Shown here: positions 18,087 through 27,903 of the stretch, in pieces
Layout of the letters: each line of letters starts with the position of its first letter
Numbering within the stretch: the first letter of the stretch is position 1
NCBI GenBank assembly: GCA_964398625.1
Contig: CAYNNV010000001.1
Span: forward strand, 1-62,093
Direction: 5' to 3'
DNA from: an uncultured Sangeribacter sp.
GTDB taxonomy: Bacteria; Bacteroidota; Bacteroidia; Bacteroidales; Muribaculaceae
DNA length: 62,093 nt
Made by a program: the position numbers and the translations under genes
Notes under the pieces: model-generated
The model's database searches: none
Seen by the model: the letters and a program-made list of their open reading frames with translations, nothing else
What the model was told of the DNA's origin: nothing

Positions 18087-19586
18087 ATGCGCAATTTTTT
18101 ACTTGTGGCTTTGGCGCTTATTATAACTGCTGCGTGCAATAAAAAAGCTGAAGATGAGCCATTCTACCAGCCCTCGTCGGCTCTTTCTGTCACGTCGTTC
18201 AAACTAAAGTCTAACCTCAAGGTGATGAAAAATCTTGACTCGGTGTTCTTTTCAATTGACCCCGAGCGCAGCGTCATCTTCAATGCAGACTCACTGCCAA
18301 AAGGCACTGATGTATCCAAACTTGTGGCAGACATTTCCTATTCCACCGGTATTTCTGCTGCCGTCATTGATATGGAGGGCGGCCGGGTAAAAGAAGGTTC
18401 GCTTAATTATATGGAGCACCCTACTGATTCTATAGACTTTACCGGCAATGTCTTTCTTACGCTCACGGCTCAGGATACAAAATATACCAAGGTCTATAAG
18501 CTGATGGTCAACGTCCACAAGATGGATCCCGATTCGCTTTGGTGGGATGAATCCGCGAAATCATCGCTCCCCTCGCGTCTGCCGTCGCCGGTGGCTCAGA
18601 AGACTGTAGCGCACGGCGAAGCCTTTGTGTCGCTTATTCGTGAAAGCGACGGGACTTTCACCCTTGCCCGCTGTCCGCTGCAAACTCCCGGACAGTGGTC
18701 ACGCAAGGAAATATCTATCCCCGAGGGAACTGACCTTAGAAGCTTTACCTCTACAGGTGACAATTATTACATCATTGCAGGTGAAGGCTCTTTATACTCA
18801 TCAGCCGATGCTGAGGAGTGGAAAGATACAGGCGAGCAATGGGTTGGAATTACAGGCCCTTACGGCAACAGTATTGTCGGAGTGCGCACAGATGCGGAGG
18901 GTCGTTATTTGCATACCTCGTATCCTGCCATTGCAGGCTTTGTGGAGAGTGTAATAGATGAAAATTTCCCTGTCAGAGGGGCTTCAAATATGTGTTCCTT
19001 TACCTCAGAGTGGTTATCCGAGCCCATGACGCTAATGGCGGGTGGTGTGACGGCTGACGGGAATGTCACTTCCTCAGTCTGGAGTTTTGACGGTACTGAT
19101 TGGGCTGAATTAAGCTCCGACCGTGTGGAGGCTGCTGAGGGATATACGCTGATACCTTATCTCGCCTATCGTAAGTTTGGCAATTTCTGGCGTACTCACG
19201 AATACTCCGTTTGGCTGCTGCTGGGAGGTCGTCGCGCCTCCGGAGAGCAGGGCAAGACCGTATATATATCATACGACAACGGAGTGACCTGGAGTCCAAC
19301 TGCTTCAAATCTTGGTATGCCTGATTATATACCGGCAATGGCATATAGCGATGCTGTGCTTGCATCACGTAAGATGTCAGCTGATTTGCTCCCTGAGCCC
19401 TGGAGCGAAATGCCATCAAAGATTCCTGCTCTGCCGGCAAGAGTGAAATATGAGATAGACGATACGGTCATAACATGGGAGTGCCCGTATATATTCCTCT
19501 TTGGCGGTGAGGATAACTCCGGAAGGCTCTACGATACGGTTTGGAAGGGCGTGCTCAACCGACTTTCGTTTAAGCCGCTGATTTAA
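18087..19586 (+). CDS. DUF6242-type lipoprotein, probable BAM-associated surface lipoprotein
   Basis: Lipobox TAAC; FSID...IFNADSLP.GT, DSIDF, VNVH..DPDSL.W; first gene of the bamA operon. Confidence 0.75.
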   Translation: MRNFLLVALALIITAACNKKAEDEPFYQPSSALSVTSFKLKSNLKVMKNLDSVFFSIDPERSVIFNADSLPKGTDVSKLVADISYSTGISAAVIDMEGGRVKEGSLNYMEHPTDSIDFTGNVFLTLTAQDTKYTKVYKLMVNVHKMDPDSLWWDESAKSSLPSRLPSPVAQKTVAHGEAFVSLIRESDGTFTLARCPLQTPGQWSRKEISIPEGTDLRSFTSTGDNYYIIAGEGSLYSSADAEEWKDTGEQWVGITGPYGNSIVGVRTDAEGRYLHTSYPAIAGFVESVIDENFPVRGASNMCSFTSEWLSEPMTLMAGGVTADGNVTSSVWSFDGTDWAELSSDRVEAAEGYTLIPYLAYRKFGNFWRTHEYSVWLLLGGRRASGEQGKTVYISYDNGVTWSPTASNLGMPDYIPAMAYSDAVLASRKMSADLLPEPWSEMPSKIPALPARVKYEIDDTVITWECPYIFLFGGEDNSGRLYDTVWKGVLNRLSFKPLI

Positions 19587-19600
19587 TATTTGATACTGAG

Positions 19601-20290
19601 ATGAGGAAGTTTACGGTATTATCGCTGCTTATTCTGCTGACGGCCTTCGTCTTTCCGGTGAAGATGACTGCCCAGGAAGACTATCGCTATGATATAGGCG
19701 GGGGCATCGGTATGACCGGCTACCTCGGCGATGCCAATACAGCCAACCTTCTAAAAAATCCCTCCTGGGATATAGAGGGGCTTTTCCGCTATATCATAAA
19801 TCCTCGTCTTGCACTGAAGACAAATATTTATGTGGGTGGCTTGCGTGGAAATTCAGCGCAAATGACCAACGTCTTTCCTGATAACGCGCAGTTTAAATTC
19901 ACTACCACCTTTTATGAAGCCGGAGAGTTGTTTGAATTCAATTTCTTCAACTATGGAATGGGTGAGACTTACCGCAAACTGAAGCGATGGACTCCATATA
20001 TTGCTGCCGGACTCAGTCTGCTTGCCTGGCAAGTTGACGGCAAAGCCGGATTCTCTATGGCGATACCGCTTGGTGTCGGCGTGAAGTACAAACTATCGCG
20101 GCGTCTGAATCTGGGATTTGAATTCCTGATGAAGAAGACTTTTTCCGACAAGATTGACGGCGATAATCTCCGAGATCCTTATATGATTAAAAGCTCGTTT
20201 ATGAAGAATACCGACTGGTATTCAACTATGACGTTTACAATAAGTTATGAATTCGGACTGCGCTGCGCAGTATGCAATTATAAAGATTAG
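19601..20290 (+). CDS. porG: PorG/DUF6089 outer-membrane beta-barrel
   Basis: GGIG..GYLGDAN, FEFNFF.YG, KNTDWY, C-terminal RCAVCNYKD; lies upstream of uppS-bamA. Confidence 0.75.
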   Translation: MRKFTVLSLLILLTAFVFPVKMTAQEDYRYDIGGGIGMTGYLGDANTANLLKNPSWDIEGLFRYIINPRLALKTNIYVGGLRGNSAQMTNVFPDNAQFKFTTTFYEAGELFEFNFFNYGMGETYRKLKRWTPYIAAGLSLLAWQVDGKAGFSMAIPLGVGVKYKLSRRLNLGFEFLMKKTFSDKIDGDNLRDPYMIKSSFMKNTDWYSTMTFTISYEFGLRCAVCNYKD

Positions 20291-20292
20291 AG

Positions 20293-21084
20293 ATGAATAC
20301 CCTTGAGCAGAAAATAGCAGGTCTTGACCCTTCGCGACTTCCGGTCCACGTGGCTATCATAATGGATGGCAACGGGCGTTGGGCCAAACTGCAGGGTAAG
20401 GAGCGCTATGTGGGTCACTATGCCGGTGTAGATGCTGTGCGCGAGGCTGTCAGAGCCGCCTCTGATCTGGGTATTCGCTATCTCACTCTGTACGCATTCT
20501 CTACTGAAAACTGGCATCGCCCTTCCGAGGAAGTTGAGATACTGATGCATCTGATAGGGTGCGCTATAGAGAATGAGCGCCCGGAGCTGATGGCTAACAA
20601 CGTGCGCCTCTGTCTTCTCGGCGATATTGATCGCATACCTGAAGATTCCCGACGTCGTCTGCTTACTACCCGCGACGCGCTTGAAGGTAATACCGGATTA
20701 ACTCTCACTCTCGCTCTGAGCTATTCCTCACGTTGGGAGATTACAGAGGCAGCGCGCAAAATAGCCGAAGATGCGGCTCAAGGGAATCTCTCCCCGGATG
20801 ATATTTCCGAAGAGCGTTTTGCTCAAACCCTTCCTTCGGCTCCAACTCCGGACCCCGACCTGCTTATACGGACGGGAGGTGATTCACGGATTTCAAATTT
20901 TCTCCTCTGGCAGATAGCCTATGCCGAACTTTACTTTACTCCGATTCTATGGCCCGATTTCCGCCGTGAATCTTTTGTTGATGCTCTCCTTTCTTTCCAA
21001 AGTCGCGAAAGACGCTACGGAATGACGAGTGCTCAGGTTGCCTCTAAATTCTATGACTATAAAGATGAGACTGCTAAATATTAA
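20293..21084 (+). CDS. uppS: Undecaprenyl diphosphate synthase
   Basis: HVAIIMDGNGRWA, YAFSTENW.RP, DLLIRTGG..RISNFLLWQ. Confidence 0.96.
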   Translation: MNTLEQKIAGLDPSRLPVHVAIIMDGNGRWAKLQGKERYVGHYAGVDAVREAVRAASDLGIRYLTLYAFSTENWHRPSEEVEILMHLIGCAIENERPELMANNVRLCLLGDIDRIPEDSRRRLLTTRDALEGNTGLTLTLALSYSSRWEITEAARKIAEDAAQGNLSPDDISEERFAQTLPSAPTPDPDLLIRTGGDSRISNFLLWQIAYAELYFTPILWPDFRRESFVDALLSFQSRERRYGMTSAQVASKFYDYKDETAKY

Positions 21085-21085
21085 G

Positions 21086-23746
21086 ATGACCAAGATTCTT
21101 GCATTCATTGTCCTATGCTTGCTACCGACACTCGCCGGCGCTCAAACGCAGCTGCCGGTCGATACCGTGCCGCAGGCTCCGGCCGACACCATATACAATC
21201 CTGACATTATCTACTCTCCCATCCCCAAGGTATACGAAGTGGCCGGCGTCACGGTATCAGGTATTGAAGGGGTTGATGCATATACCATAATATCCCATGC
21301 GGGTATCACTGTAGGCGACAGGATTCCTATCCCCGGCGATGCTATTACCACTGCTGTAAAGCGCCTTTGGAGACAGAATATCTATTCATCTGTCAAAATT
21401 CTTGTCACAAAAATGGTAGGTGATAAAGTTTGGCTCGAGATTGCTCTAAAGTCGCATCCCAGACTTTCAGAAATAATATTCAACGGAGTGAAGGGTGGTG
21501 AAAAGAAAGAACTTGATAAGAAGCTCGGTATGGTCAATGGTCAGCAGCTTACTCCAAATATTGAATCACGAGTTAAGCAGGTGATTGAGCAGTACTACAG
21601 CGAGAAAGGATTCAAGAATGCTACCGTCACTATTCGCGAATCGCCGGATTTGAGTAAAGAAAACTATGTCAATCTTTTAGTTGACGTAGCACGCTCTAAC
21701 AAAGTGAAGGTGCACAAGATATATATCAATGGTAATCAGGCTCTCTCCGATTCCAAGGTGAAGCGCTCCATGAAGAAGACCAATGAAAACGGCAATCTTC
21801 TCAATCTCTTTAAACAGAAGAAATTCGTGGAGTCTGATTATGAGGATGACAAGGTGCGTATTATTGATAAATACAACGAATACGGCTACCGCGACGCCAA
21901 AATTGTGAAGGACTCAGTGGTGGCCTACAGTGATGACAGGGTTGATGTATATCTCGATATTGACGAGGGTAATAAATACTATATCAGCGATATTACGTGG
22001 GTTGGCAATACTGTCTATCCTACAGAGACACTTAATAATCTACTCGGTATCAACCCGGGCGATGTCTATAATCAGAAGCTCCTCAATAAGCGTACCACTG
22101 AGGATGACGATGCCGTGGCAAATATATACCTTGACAACGGCTATCTCTTCTTCAACCTTGTGCCAATCGAGGAGAATGTGAAGGGCGATTCAATTGCACT
22201 TCAGATGCGAGTGATTGAGGGCCCTCAGGCAAGAATAAATCAAGTCGTAATCAACGGCAACGACCGTCTCTATGAGAAAGTTGTACGCCGTGAGTTGCGA
22301 GTGCGTCCCGGAGAGCTTTTCTCCAAGGCTGACCTTATGCGCTCGGCTCGCGAGATAGCGGCTTCCGGGCATTTCAATCCGGAAACTATGGATATACGTC
22401 CGCAGCCGAATGAGAGTGACGGCACGGTTGACATTATTTTCAATCTGGAATCAAAAGCTAATGATAAAGTGCAGGTGTCATTCGGTTGGGGTCAAGCCGG
22501 CGTAACCGGACAACTTGCTCTCACCTTTACCAATTTCTCGATACGAAACCTCTTTTATCCGTCAACTTACCGAGGCATCATACCGCAGGGTGAAGGGCAG
22601 ACATTCTCGATATCGGCGCAGACCAACGCCAAGTACTACCAGTCATACAATATATCATTCTATGACCCGTGGTTCTCCGGAAAGCGTCCTAACTCATTCT
22701 CTGTAAGCATTGACTACTCGCGCTCTACCGGTATCAACTCCAGCTTCTACAATGAGTCATATATGAATGCCTATCAGTACGGATTCTGGACTCAGGGCAC
22801 TTATGGCTCTAACTTTAACAATTATAATTATCAGAATGCCTACGATCCTAATAAGGTGATTCAGCTTGCCGGCGTCTCTGTAGGCTATGGTACACGCCTC
22901 TCTTGGCCCGACGATTATTTCCGTTTCGATGCCAACCTTGCATACCGCTGGTACTATCTGAAAAACTGGGAATATCTCTCTTTTATGCAGAATGGTGTAG
23001 CCAACTCATTAGCTCTCGGGCTCACACTTTCCCGAACTTCGATAGATAATCCTATCTATACGCGCCGCGGATCTCAATTCTCGGTAGAGCTGACTATGAC
23101 ACCGCCGGCCTCACTATTCGGGCACAAAGACTGGCGCAAACTTTACAAGCAGGCTAATGAGAAGGGACTCGTATCCTCGCAGGTCACAGCTGCAAGGAAG
23201 GAGATGTACAGATGGATTGAATATTGGAAACTCCGCTTCAAGAGCCGCACATATACTCCGCTTACCGATCCTGACGGACAGTGGACACTCGTACTTATGA
23301 CTCGTGCAGACTTCGCCCTGCTCGGCAGCTACAATAAGTATCTCAAGACTCCGTTTGAGACCTTCTATTTCGGCGGTGACGGTATGTCAGGCGGTTATAC
23401 CTACGCAACCGAGACTATTGCAATGCGCGGATATGAGAACGGCCAGTTCACTCCTATCAACTACGAGGGATACGCCTACGGCCGCTTTACATTTGAGTTG
23501 CACTTCCCCTTCATGCTCCAGCCTACCACAACTATCTACGCACTTGCCTTCGCCGAAGCAGGCAACGCCTGGACATCAGTAAAGGATTTCTCTCCTTTTA
23601 ATCTCAAGCGCTCAGCCGGTGTGGGTCTGCGAATCTATCTGAGCATCATAGGCTATCTCGGTATTGACTGGGCATACGGATTTGATAAGGTATGGGGTAC
23701 GCGTGGCGGTTCGCACTTCCACTTCATCCTCGGACAAGAATTCTAA
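21086..23746 (+). CDS. bamA: Outer membrane protein assembly factor BamA
   Basis: POTRA repeats, MRGY loop, GIDWAYG, C-terminal HFILGQEF; start chosen just after the uppS stop. Confidence 0.95.
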   Translation: MTKILAFIVLCLLPTLAGAQTQLPVDTVPQAPADTIYNPDIIYSPIPKVYEVAGVTVSGIEGVDAYTIISHAGITVGDRIPIPGDAITTAVKRLWRQNIYSSVKILVTKMVGDKVWLEIALKSHPRLSEIIFNGVKGGEKKELDKKLGMVNGQQLTPNIESRVKQVIEQYYSEKGFKNATVTIRESPDLSKENYVNLLVDVARSNKVKVHKIYINGNQALSDSKVKRSMKKTNENGNLLNLFKQKKFVESDYEDDKVRIIDKYNEYGYRDAKIVKDSVVAYSDDRVDVYLDIDEGNKYYISDITWVGNTVYPTETLNNLLGINPGDVYNQKLLNKRTTEDDDAVANIYLDNGYLFFNLVPIEENVKGDSIALQMRVIEGPQARINQVVINGNDRLYEKVVRRELRVRPGELFSKADLMRSAREIAASGHFNPETMDIRPQPNESDGTVDIIFNLESKANDKVQVSFGWGQAGVTGQLALTFTNFSIRNLFYPSTYRGIIPQGEGQTFSISAQTNAKYYQSYNISFYDPWFSGKRPNSFSVSIDYSRSTGINSSFYNESYMNAYQYGFWTQGTYGSNFNNYNYQNAYDPNKVIQLAGVSVGYGTRLSWPDDYFRFDANLAYRWYYLKNWEYLSFMQNGVANSLALGLTLSRTSIDNPIYTRRGSQFSVELTMTPPASLFGHKDWRKLYKQANEKGLVSSQVTAARKEMYRWIEYWKLRFKSRTYTPLTDPDGQWTLVLMTRADFALLGSYNKYLKTPFETFYFGGDGMSGGYTYATETIAMRGYENGQFTPINYEGYAYGRFTFELHFPFMLQPTTTIYALAFAEAGNAWTSVKDFSPFNLKRSAGVGLRIYLSIIGYLGIDWAYGFDKVWGTRGGSHFHFILGQEF

Positions 23747-23824
23747 AAACTTTATTCTTCACGTAAGCGTTAAACTCTCGGCCTCAGCGGAGGTCAAATC
23801 TATCAACATCAACTTTACGAATAT

Positions 23825-24346
23825 ATGAAAAAGATACTATTAATCGCTTCCATCATCGTATGCTCGGCTTTTGCCGCAGGAGCTCAGAATATGAAAATCG
23901 CTATGATTGATATGGAGTATGTGCTCCGTAATGTGCCGCAGTATGAGATGGCCAACGAGCAGCTTAACCAATCCTCGCAACGCTGGGAAAAGGAACTTGC
24001 AAATCTTGATACGGAAGCACAGACGCTATATAAGAATTATCAGTCAAATGCTGTATTTATGACCGATGATCAGAAGAAAGAGGCAGAGACTGAAATAGTA
24101 GCCAAGGAGAAAGAGGTGAGTGAACTGCGCCGTAAGTATTTCGGCCCGGAAGGAGAACTCTTTAAGAAGCGCCAGTCGCTCATGAAGCCCATTCAGGAAG
24201 ACGTATACAACGCAGTCAAGTCGGTAGCTGAAGAGAAAGGTTACAAGGCAGTATTTGATCGTGCCTCATCGCAGAGTATCATCTACGCTTCACCTACTAT
24301 CGACATTTCAAACGAAGTGCTTGCCAAGCTCGGTTATTCTAAGTGA
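23825..24346 (+). CDS. skp: OmpH/Skp chaperone
   Basis: KIAMIDMEYVL, YFGPEGELFKKRQ, IDISNEVL. Confidence 0.92.
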   Translation: MKKILLIASIIVCSAFAAGAQNMKIAMIDMEYVLRNVPQYEMANEQLNQSSQRWEKELANLDTEAQTLYKNYQSNAVFMTDDQKKEAETEIVAKEKEVSELRRKYFGPEGELFKKRQSLMKPIQEDVYNAVKSVAEEKGYKAVFDRASSQSIIYASPTIDISNEVLAKLGYSK

Positions 24347-24388
24347 TTCCATACGAAATCTATAATCTAAATAATAAAAACTACAAAA

Positions 24389-24889
24389 ATGTTAAAGAAA
24401 TTTCTCTTAGCCCTCTGCATGGTACTTCCCATGCTGGCATCCGCTCAGACCATCAAAATCGGCTTTGTAGATACTGATGCACTCATTGCCGCTCTCCCTG
24501 AAGCCAAGACTGCTGAAGCTACTCTCAAAAGCTTCGCTGAAAAGATTGATGCCGAATACAAGACTATCGGCGATGAACTCCAGCGCCAGTATGAAGAGGT
24601 GCAGAAACTTGATCAGGCCAATACTCCTCAGAGCGTATATCAGCGCAAAATAGAGGCGTTCCAAGCTCTCCAGCAGCGCGCTCAAGAATTTGAACAGAAG
24701 GCTCAGCAGGATATCATGCAGAAGCGCAATGAGCTTATGGCTCCTATTCAGCAGAAGATTATGAACGCTATCGAAAGCGTTGGTAAAGAGGGAAGCTTCA
24801 CGCTCATCCAGCCCCTTGGGTCGTCTCTCTATTACGGTGCTCCGGCCACAGACATTACGAGCCTTGTGAAGACCAAGCTCGGCATCTGA
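24389..24889 (+). CDS. skp: OmpH/Skp chaperone, second paralog
   Basis: KIGFVD, coiled coil, DITSLVKTKLGI. Confidence 0.88.
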   Translation: MLKKFLLALCMVLPMLASAQTIKIGFVDTDALIAALPEAKTAEATLKSFAEKIDAEYKTIGDELQRQYEEVQKLDQANTPQSVYQRKIEAFQALQQRAQEFEQKAQQDIMQKRNELMAPIQQKIMNAIESVGKEGSFTLIQPLGSSLYYGAPATDITSLVKTKLGI

Positions 24890-24903
24890 TTGAGTCGTTA
24901 ACA

Positions 24904-24949
24904 ACAAAGCCGATGGCGGGGATAACTTTTCTTTCCGCCTCGGTTTTGT
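24904..24949 (+). terminator. Intrinsic terminator after the skp pair
   Basis: ACAAAGCCGA-GGCGG...CCGCC-TCGGTTTTGT hairpin followed by T-rich sequence. Confidence 0.65.
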
Positions 24950-24979
24950 ATTTTACACCTAAGAATATACTAAGCCGGT

Positions 24980-25822
24980 ATGAACCACCATTTGCGCTAT
25001 CCCTCAGCCCCGGGACCGATAGGAGTCTTTGACTCCGGCTACGGTGGACTCACCATTCTCCGAGAGATGCGTAAACTTCTACCGGAGTATGACTATCTAT
25101 ATCTGGGCGACAACGCGCGGGCACCATACGGCTCCCGCTCCTTCGACGTGGTCTACGACTTCACGCTCGATGCGGTGAAAGCGCTATTTGCTGCCGGTTG
25201 TCATCTTGTGATTCTGGCATGCAACACAGCTTCGGCTAAGGCCCTGCGCACCATCCAGCAGAATGACCTCAATACCCTTGACCCTCACAGACGTGTGCTG
25301 GGAGTGATTCGCCCTACGGTGGAGGCACTCGGCACTTCACCGGGAGGACATATCGGCGTGCTTGCCACTCATGGCACCGCTTCATCCCGGAGCTACTCTC
25401 TTGAAGTGGCGAAGCTTTTTCCGGGCATGACCGTAACAGAGCAGTCCTGCCCTATGTGGGTTCCGCTCATTGAGAACCGCGAGAGCGATGGTGAGGGCGC
25501 GGATTATTTTGTGGAAAAATACCTTCGCATCCTATTCAGCCGCGATCCCCTGATTGATACCATAGTGCTTGGATGTACTCACTATCCTCTGCTGCTTAAG
25601 AAGATTCTGAGGTTTGTCCCTCGCGAAGTGCGCATAGTGGCTCAGGGCGATTTGGTTGCACGCAGTCTCGGAGACTATCTGCGTCGTCACCCTGAAATGG
25701 ACGCCGTATGTGCAAAAAGCGGCAAATGTCGCTATCTAACCACCGAATCTACTGCTAAATTCGACAAGATGGCATCGCTCTTTATGGGTGAGCCCGTTGA
25801 ATCATCAAGAATATCACTGTAA
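24980..25822 (+). CDS. murI: Glutamate racemase
   Basis: IGVFDSGYGGL, ILACNTASA, LGCTHYP. Confidence 0.96.
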   Translation: MNHHLRYPSAPGPIGVFDSGYGGLTILREMRKLLPEYDYLYLGDNARAPYGSRSFDVVYDFTLDAVKALFAAGCHLVILACNTASAKALRTIQQNDLNTLDPHRRVLGVIRPTVEALGTSPGGHIGVLATHGTASSRSYSLEVAKLFPGMTVTEQSCPMWVPLIENRESDGEGADYFVEKYLRILFSRDPLIDTIVLGCTHYPLLLKKILRFVPREVRIVAQGDLVARSLGDYLRRHPEMDAVCAKSGKCRYLTTESTAKFDKMASLFMGEPVESSRISL

Positions 25823-25854
25823 TATAATCCAACTATTATTTTCCTTTAAAATCA

Positions 25855-26631
25855 ATGAAGCCACATCTTATCCCTACTCTCTCACTCCTTGCTCTCCCTC
25901 TTCTCCTTGGCTCATGCTATGGAGGCGATGACCCCACAACTCAATATGGAGCTCAGACCACCGACTTAAGCTCTCTCGTATATGATGCCGACGGCATATG
26001 GAAGGGCGTAAATACTACCGATCAGGTTACTCTCGGCGATGTGACATTCTCACACCAGTACGTAGCAAGCGAATGGGGCGATTATGTTCAGGGATTCACT
26101 CCCTCACGCTCTTCCGATAAAGCTAATTATCCCGGACAAATGTATAGCCATCAGTATGATTGCATTGCCGGTCATGGTGCGCAGGGAAGTGGTTCCCCTT
26201 TCTTGACTGCATGCTGGAGCACACAGGAGACGCCTGTTACGCCGCTCAATGAGCGCACCCTGGTAATCACTCCGTCGCTGACAGTAAAGGATGCCCTGAT
26301 TGCTCCCATGAGCGTTATGATCAATAATTCCTCTTACGCTTACTATGCGATGACGATAGGTGACAACTATGCCCGTAAATTTGAAGAGGGTGACTACTTC
26401 AAGGTGATAGCTCATGGCATTCACGCTGACGGCACTGAGTCGGTCACTTCATTCTCACTTGCTGAAGGCTCCAACGTACTTGACCATTGGACTAAATGGG
26501 ATCTCAGTCCGCTTGGCGAAGTTTCAGCTATTTATTTCACTATGGAATCTTCTGATTCCGGAATGTGGGGAATGAATACTCCGGGTTATTTCTGTCTTGA
26601 CCGTTTCTCTTATTATCTATCGCAGAAATGA
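25855..26631 (+). CDS. DUF4465-domain lipoprotein
   Basis: Lipobox LGSC; NSSYAYY.M..G..YARKF, WTKWDLSPLG, SSD.G.WGMNTPGYFCLD. Confidence 0.8.
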   Translation: MKPHLIPTLSLLALPLLLGSCYGGDDPTTQYGAQTTDLSSLVYDADGIWKGVNTTDQVTLGDVTFSHQYVASEWGDYVQGFTPSRSSDKANYPGQMYSHQYDCIAGHGAQGSGSPFLTACWSTQETPVTPLNERTLVITPSLTVKDALIAPMSVMINNSSYAYYAMTIGDNYARKFEEGDYFKVIAHGIHADGTESVTSFSLAEGSNVLDHWTKWDLSPLGEVSAIYFTMESSDSGMWGMNTPGYFCLDRFSYYLSQK

Positions 26632-26903
26632 GGCAACTTGAAGAAATAAAAAAAGAGCTTGACTCCGGCACTGACAAGGCTGTCATCATAAATGAACTGA
26701 CAATCTATATAGAGAGTCATCCTGACAGTGCGCAGGCCTATGTGCAGCGAGGAATGGTATACTGGAGCATGGGGGAGCGCGCCAAGACTATCAATGACTA
26801 TCTGGCGGCTCTCAAGATTGATCCGGAGTGTCAGGCAAAGCAGGCACTCAAGGCCGTGTATTCAATCCTCGATTATTACAACAAGGATCTTTATAATCCC
26901 TAA
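26628..26903 (+). CDS. Small TPR protein
   Basis: AYVQRGMVYW...INDYLAAL.IDP; C-terminal ILDYYNKDLYNP; ATGA overlap with the upstream gene. Confidence 0.82.
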   Translation: MRQLEEIKKELDSGTDKAVIINELTIYIESHPDSAQAYVQRGMVYWSMGERAKTINDYLAALKIDPECQAKQALKAVYSILDYYNKDLYNP

Positions 26904-26908
26904 TCCAA

Positions 26909-27364
26909 ATGAAAACAAAAATTTTACTTTTCACTGTAGCTGCGGCTTTATTATCCTCTTCATGCAGTAACTCAGATAAGAATGCTACTACTGATACTGT
27001 TGTAGTCATAAAAGAGGTGCCTTCCGCTCAACCTGCAGAACAATCAGCAACTCCCGAACCCGCTGCCGTGGCTGAACCGGAAAAATCACAAACGGAAAGC
27101 CTTGATCCGCAGGTTGACAAAATCATCGGCATTATTAAGCAGCAGACGCAAGCTGTGCAGAGATGTATTGACGGAGGTATCCTAAATTCCAGTTCAGCGG
27201 CAATAAGAGCTTTGGAAGCAGTGCCTGATTACGAACGAGATCTTAAAAAAATCAAGAATAAATTATCTCCGGCGCAGAAAGCTCGCATAAATGCAGCTGA
27301 GCAAAAATTGCTAAGGAAAATAGATGAATGGGATGAGGCATCCTCACCCGCAAATTGGGAGTAG
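26909..27364 (+). CDS. Hypothetical lipoprotein
   Basis: Lipobox SSSC, P/A/E-rich linker, helical C-domain. Confidence 0.75.
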   Translation: MKTKILLFTVAAALLSSSCSNSDKNATTDTVVVIKEVPSAQPAEQSATPEPAAVAEPEKSQTESLDPQVDKIIGIIKQQTQAVQRCIDGGILNSSSAAIRALEAVPDYERDLKKIKNKLSPAQKARINAAEQKLLRKIDEWDEASSPANWE

Positions 27365-27403
27365 TGATTCTCGGTGTGTAAATTTTTATCACCGGAAATT
27401 CAG

Positions 27404-27811
27404 TCAGTGAGTTTCCCAAGGGAATGCCATTCTTCGTTTACGCGTCTCGGACTTCGGCTCCGGGGCGCGATATTTTTCGCAGTCCGATGATCGGTAGCGG
27501 CGTTCTTTCCAGCCTCCGTGTCCGTCAGGATATCGGTCGGGATAGAGCATGAAAGGTCGGCGGCGTTCCCAATTGCGCGTGACGTTGAGGATATAGAGTG
27601 AGGCGAGGCCGCTGTATTGCTGTGTATGAGCGCGAAGCTCTTCAAAGAGCTGTGAGAGGTCGGCTATGTGGTCGCATACTATTTCGGCTATCTTGCGACC
27701 GTTGATGGTAAGTGTTGCCATGATTTTGTCACCAAGCGAGATATGATCAACAGCGCTGGAGATAGGTGATGCGGGGGAGTGGCGGAAAATAGAAAGCTGG
27801 TCGGCAGTCAT
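27404..27811 (-). CDS. Hypothetical protein
   Basis: 135-aa ORF with its own TAATTTTG promoter element at 27837-27844 (-) and an A-rich leader. Confidence 0.65.
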   Translation of the reverse strand: MTADQLSIFRHSPASPISSAVDHISLGDKIMATLTINGRKIAEIVCDHIADLSQLFEELRAHTQQYSGLASLYILNVTRNWERRRPFMLYPDRYPDGHGGWKERRYRSSDCEKYRAPEPKSETRKRRMAFPWETH

Positions 27812-27903
27812 AAGGCATAATTTTGTTTTGATGATGCAAAATTACGCTCTCAGACTGCCAAACATTAGCAGTTAATTGTAAAAAAAAGTTAAGACATAGC
27901 GCT

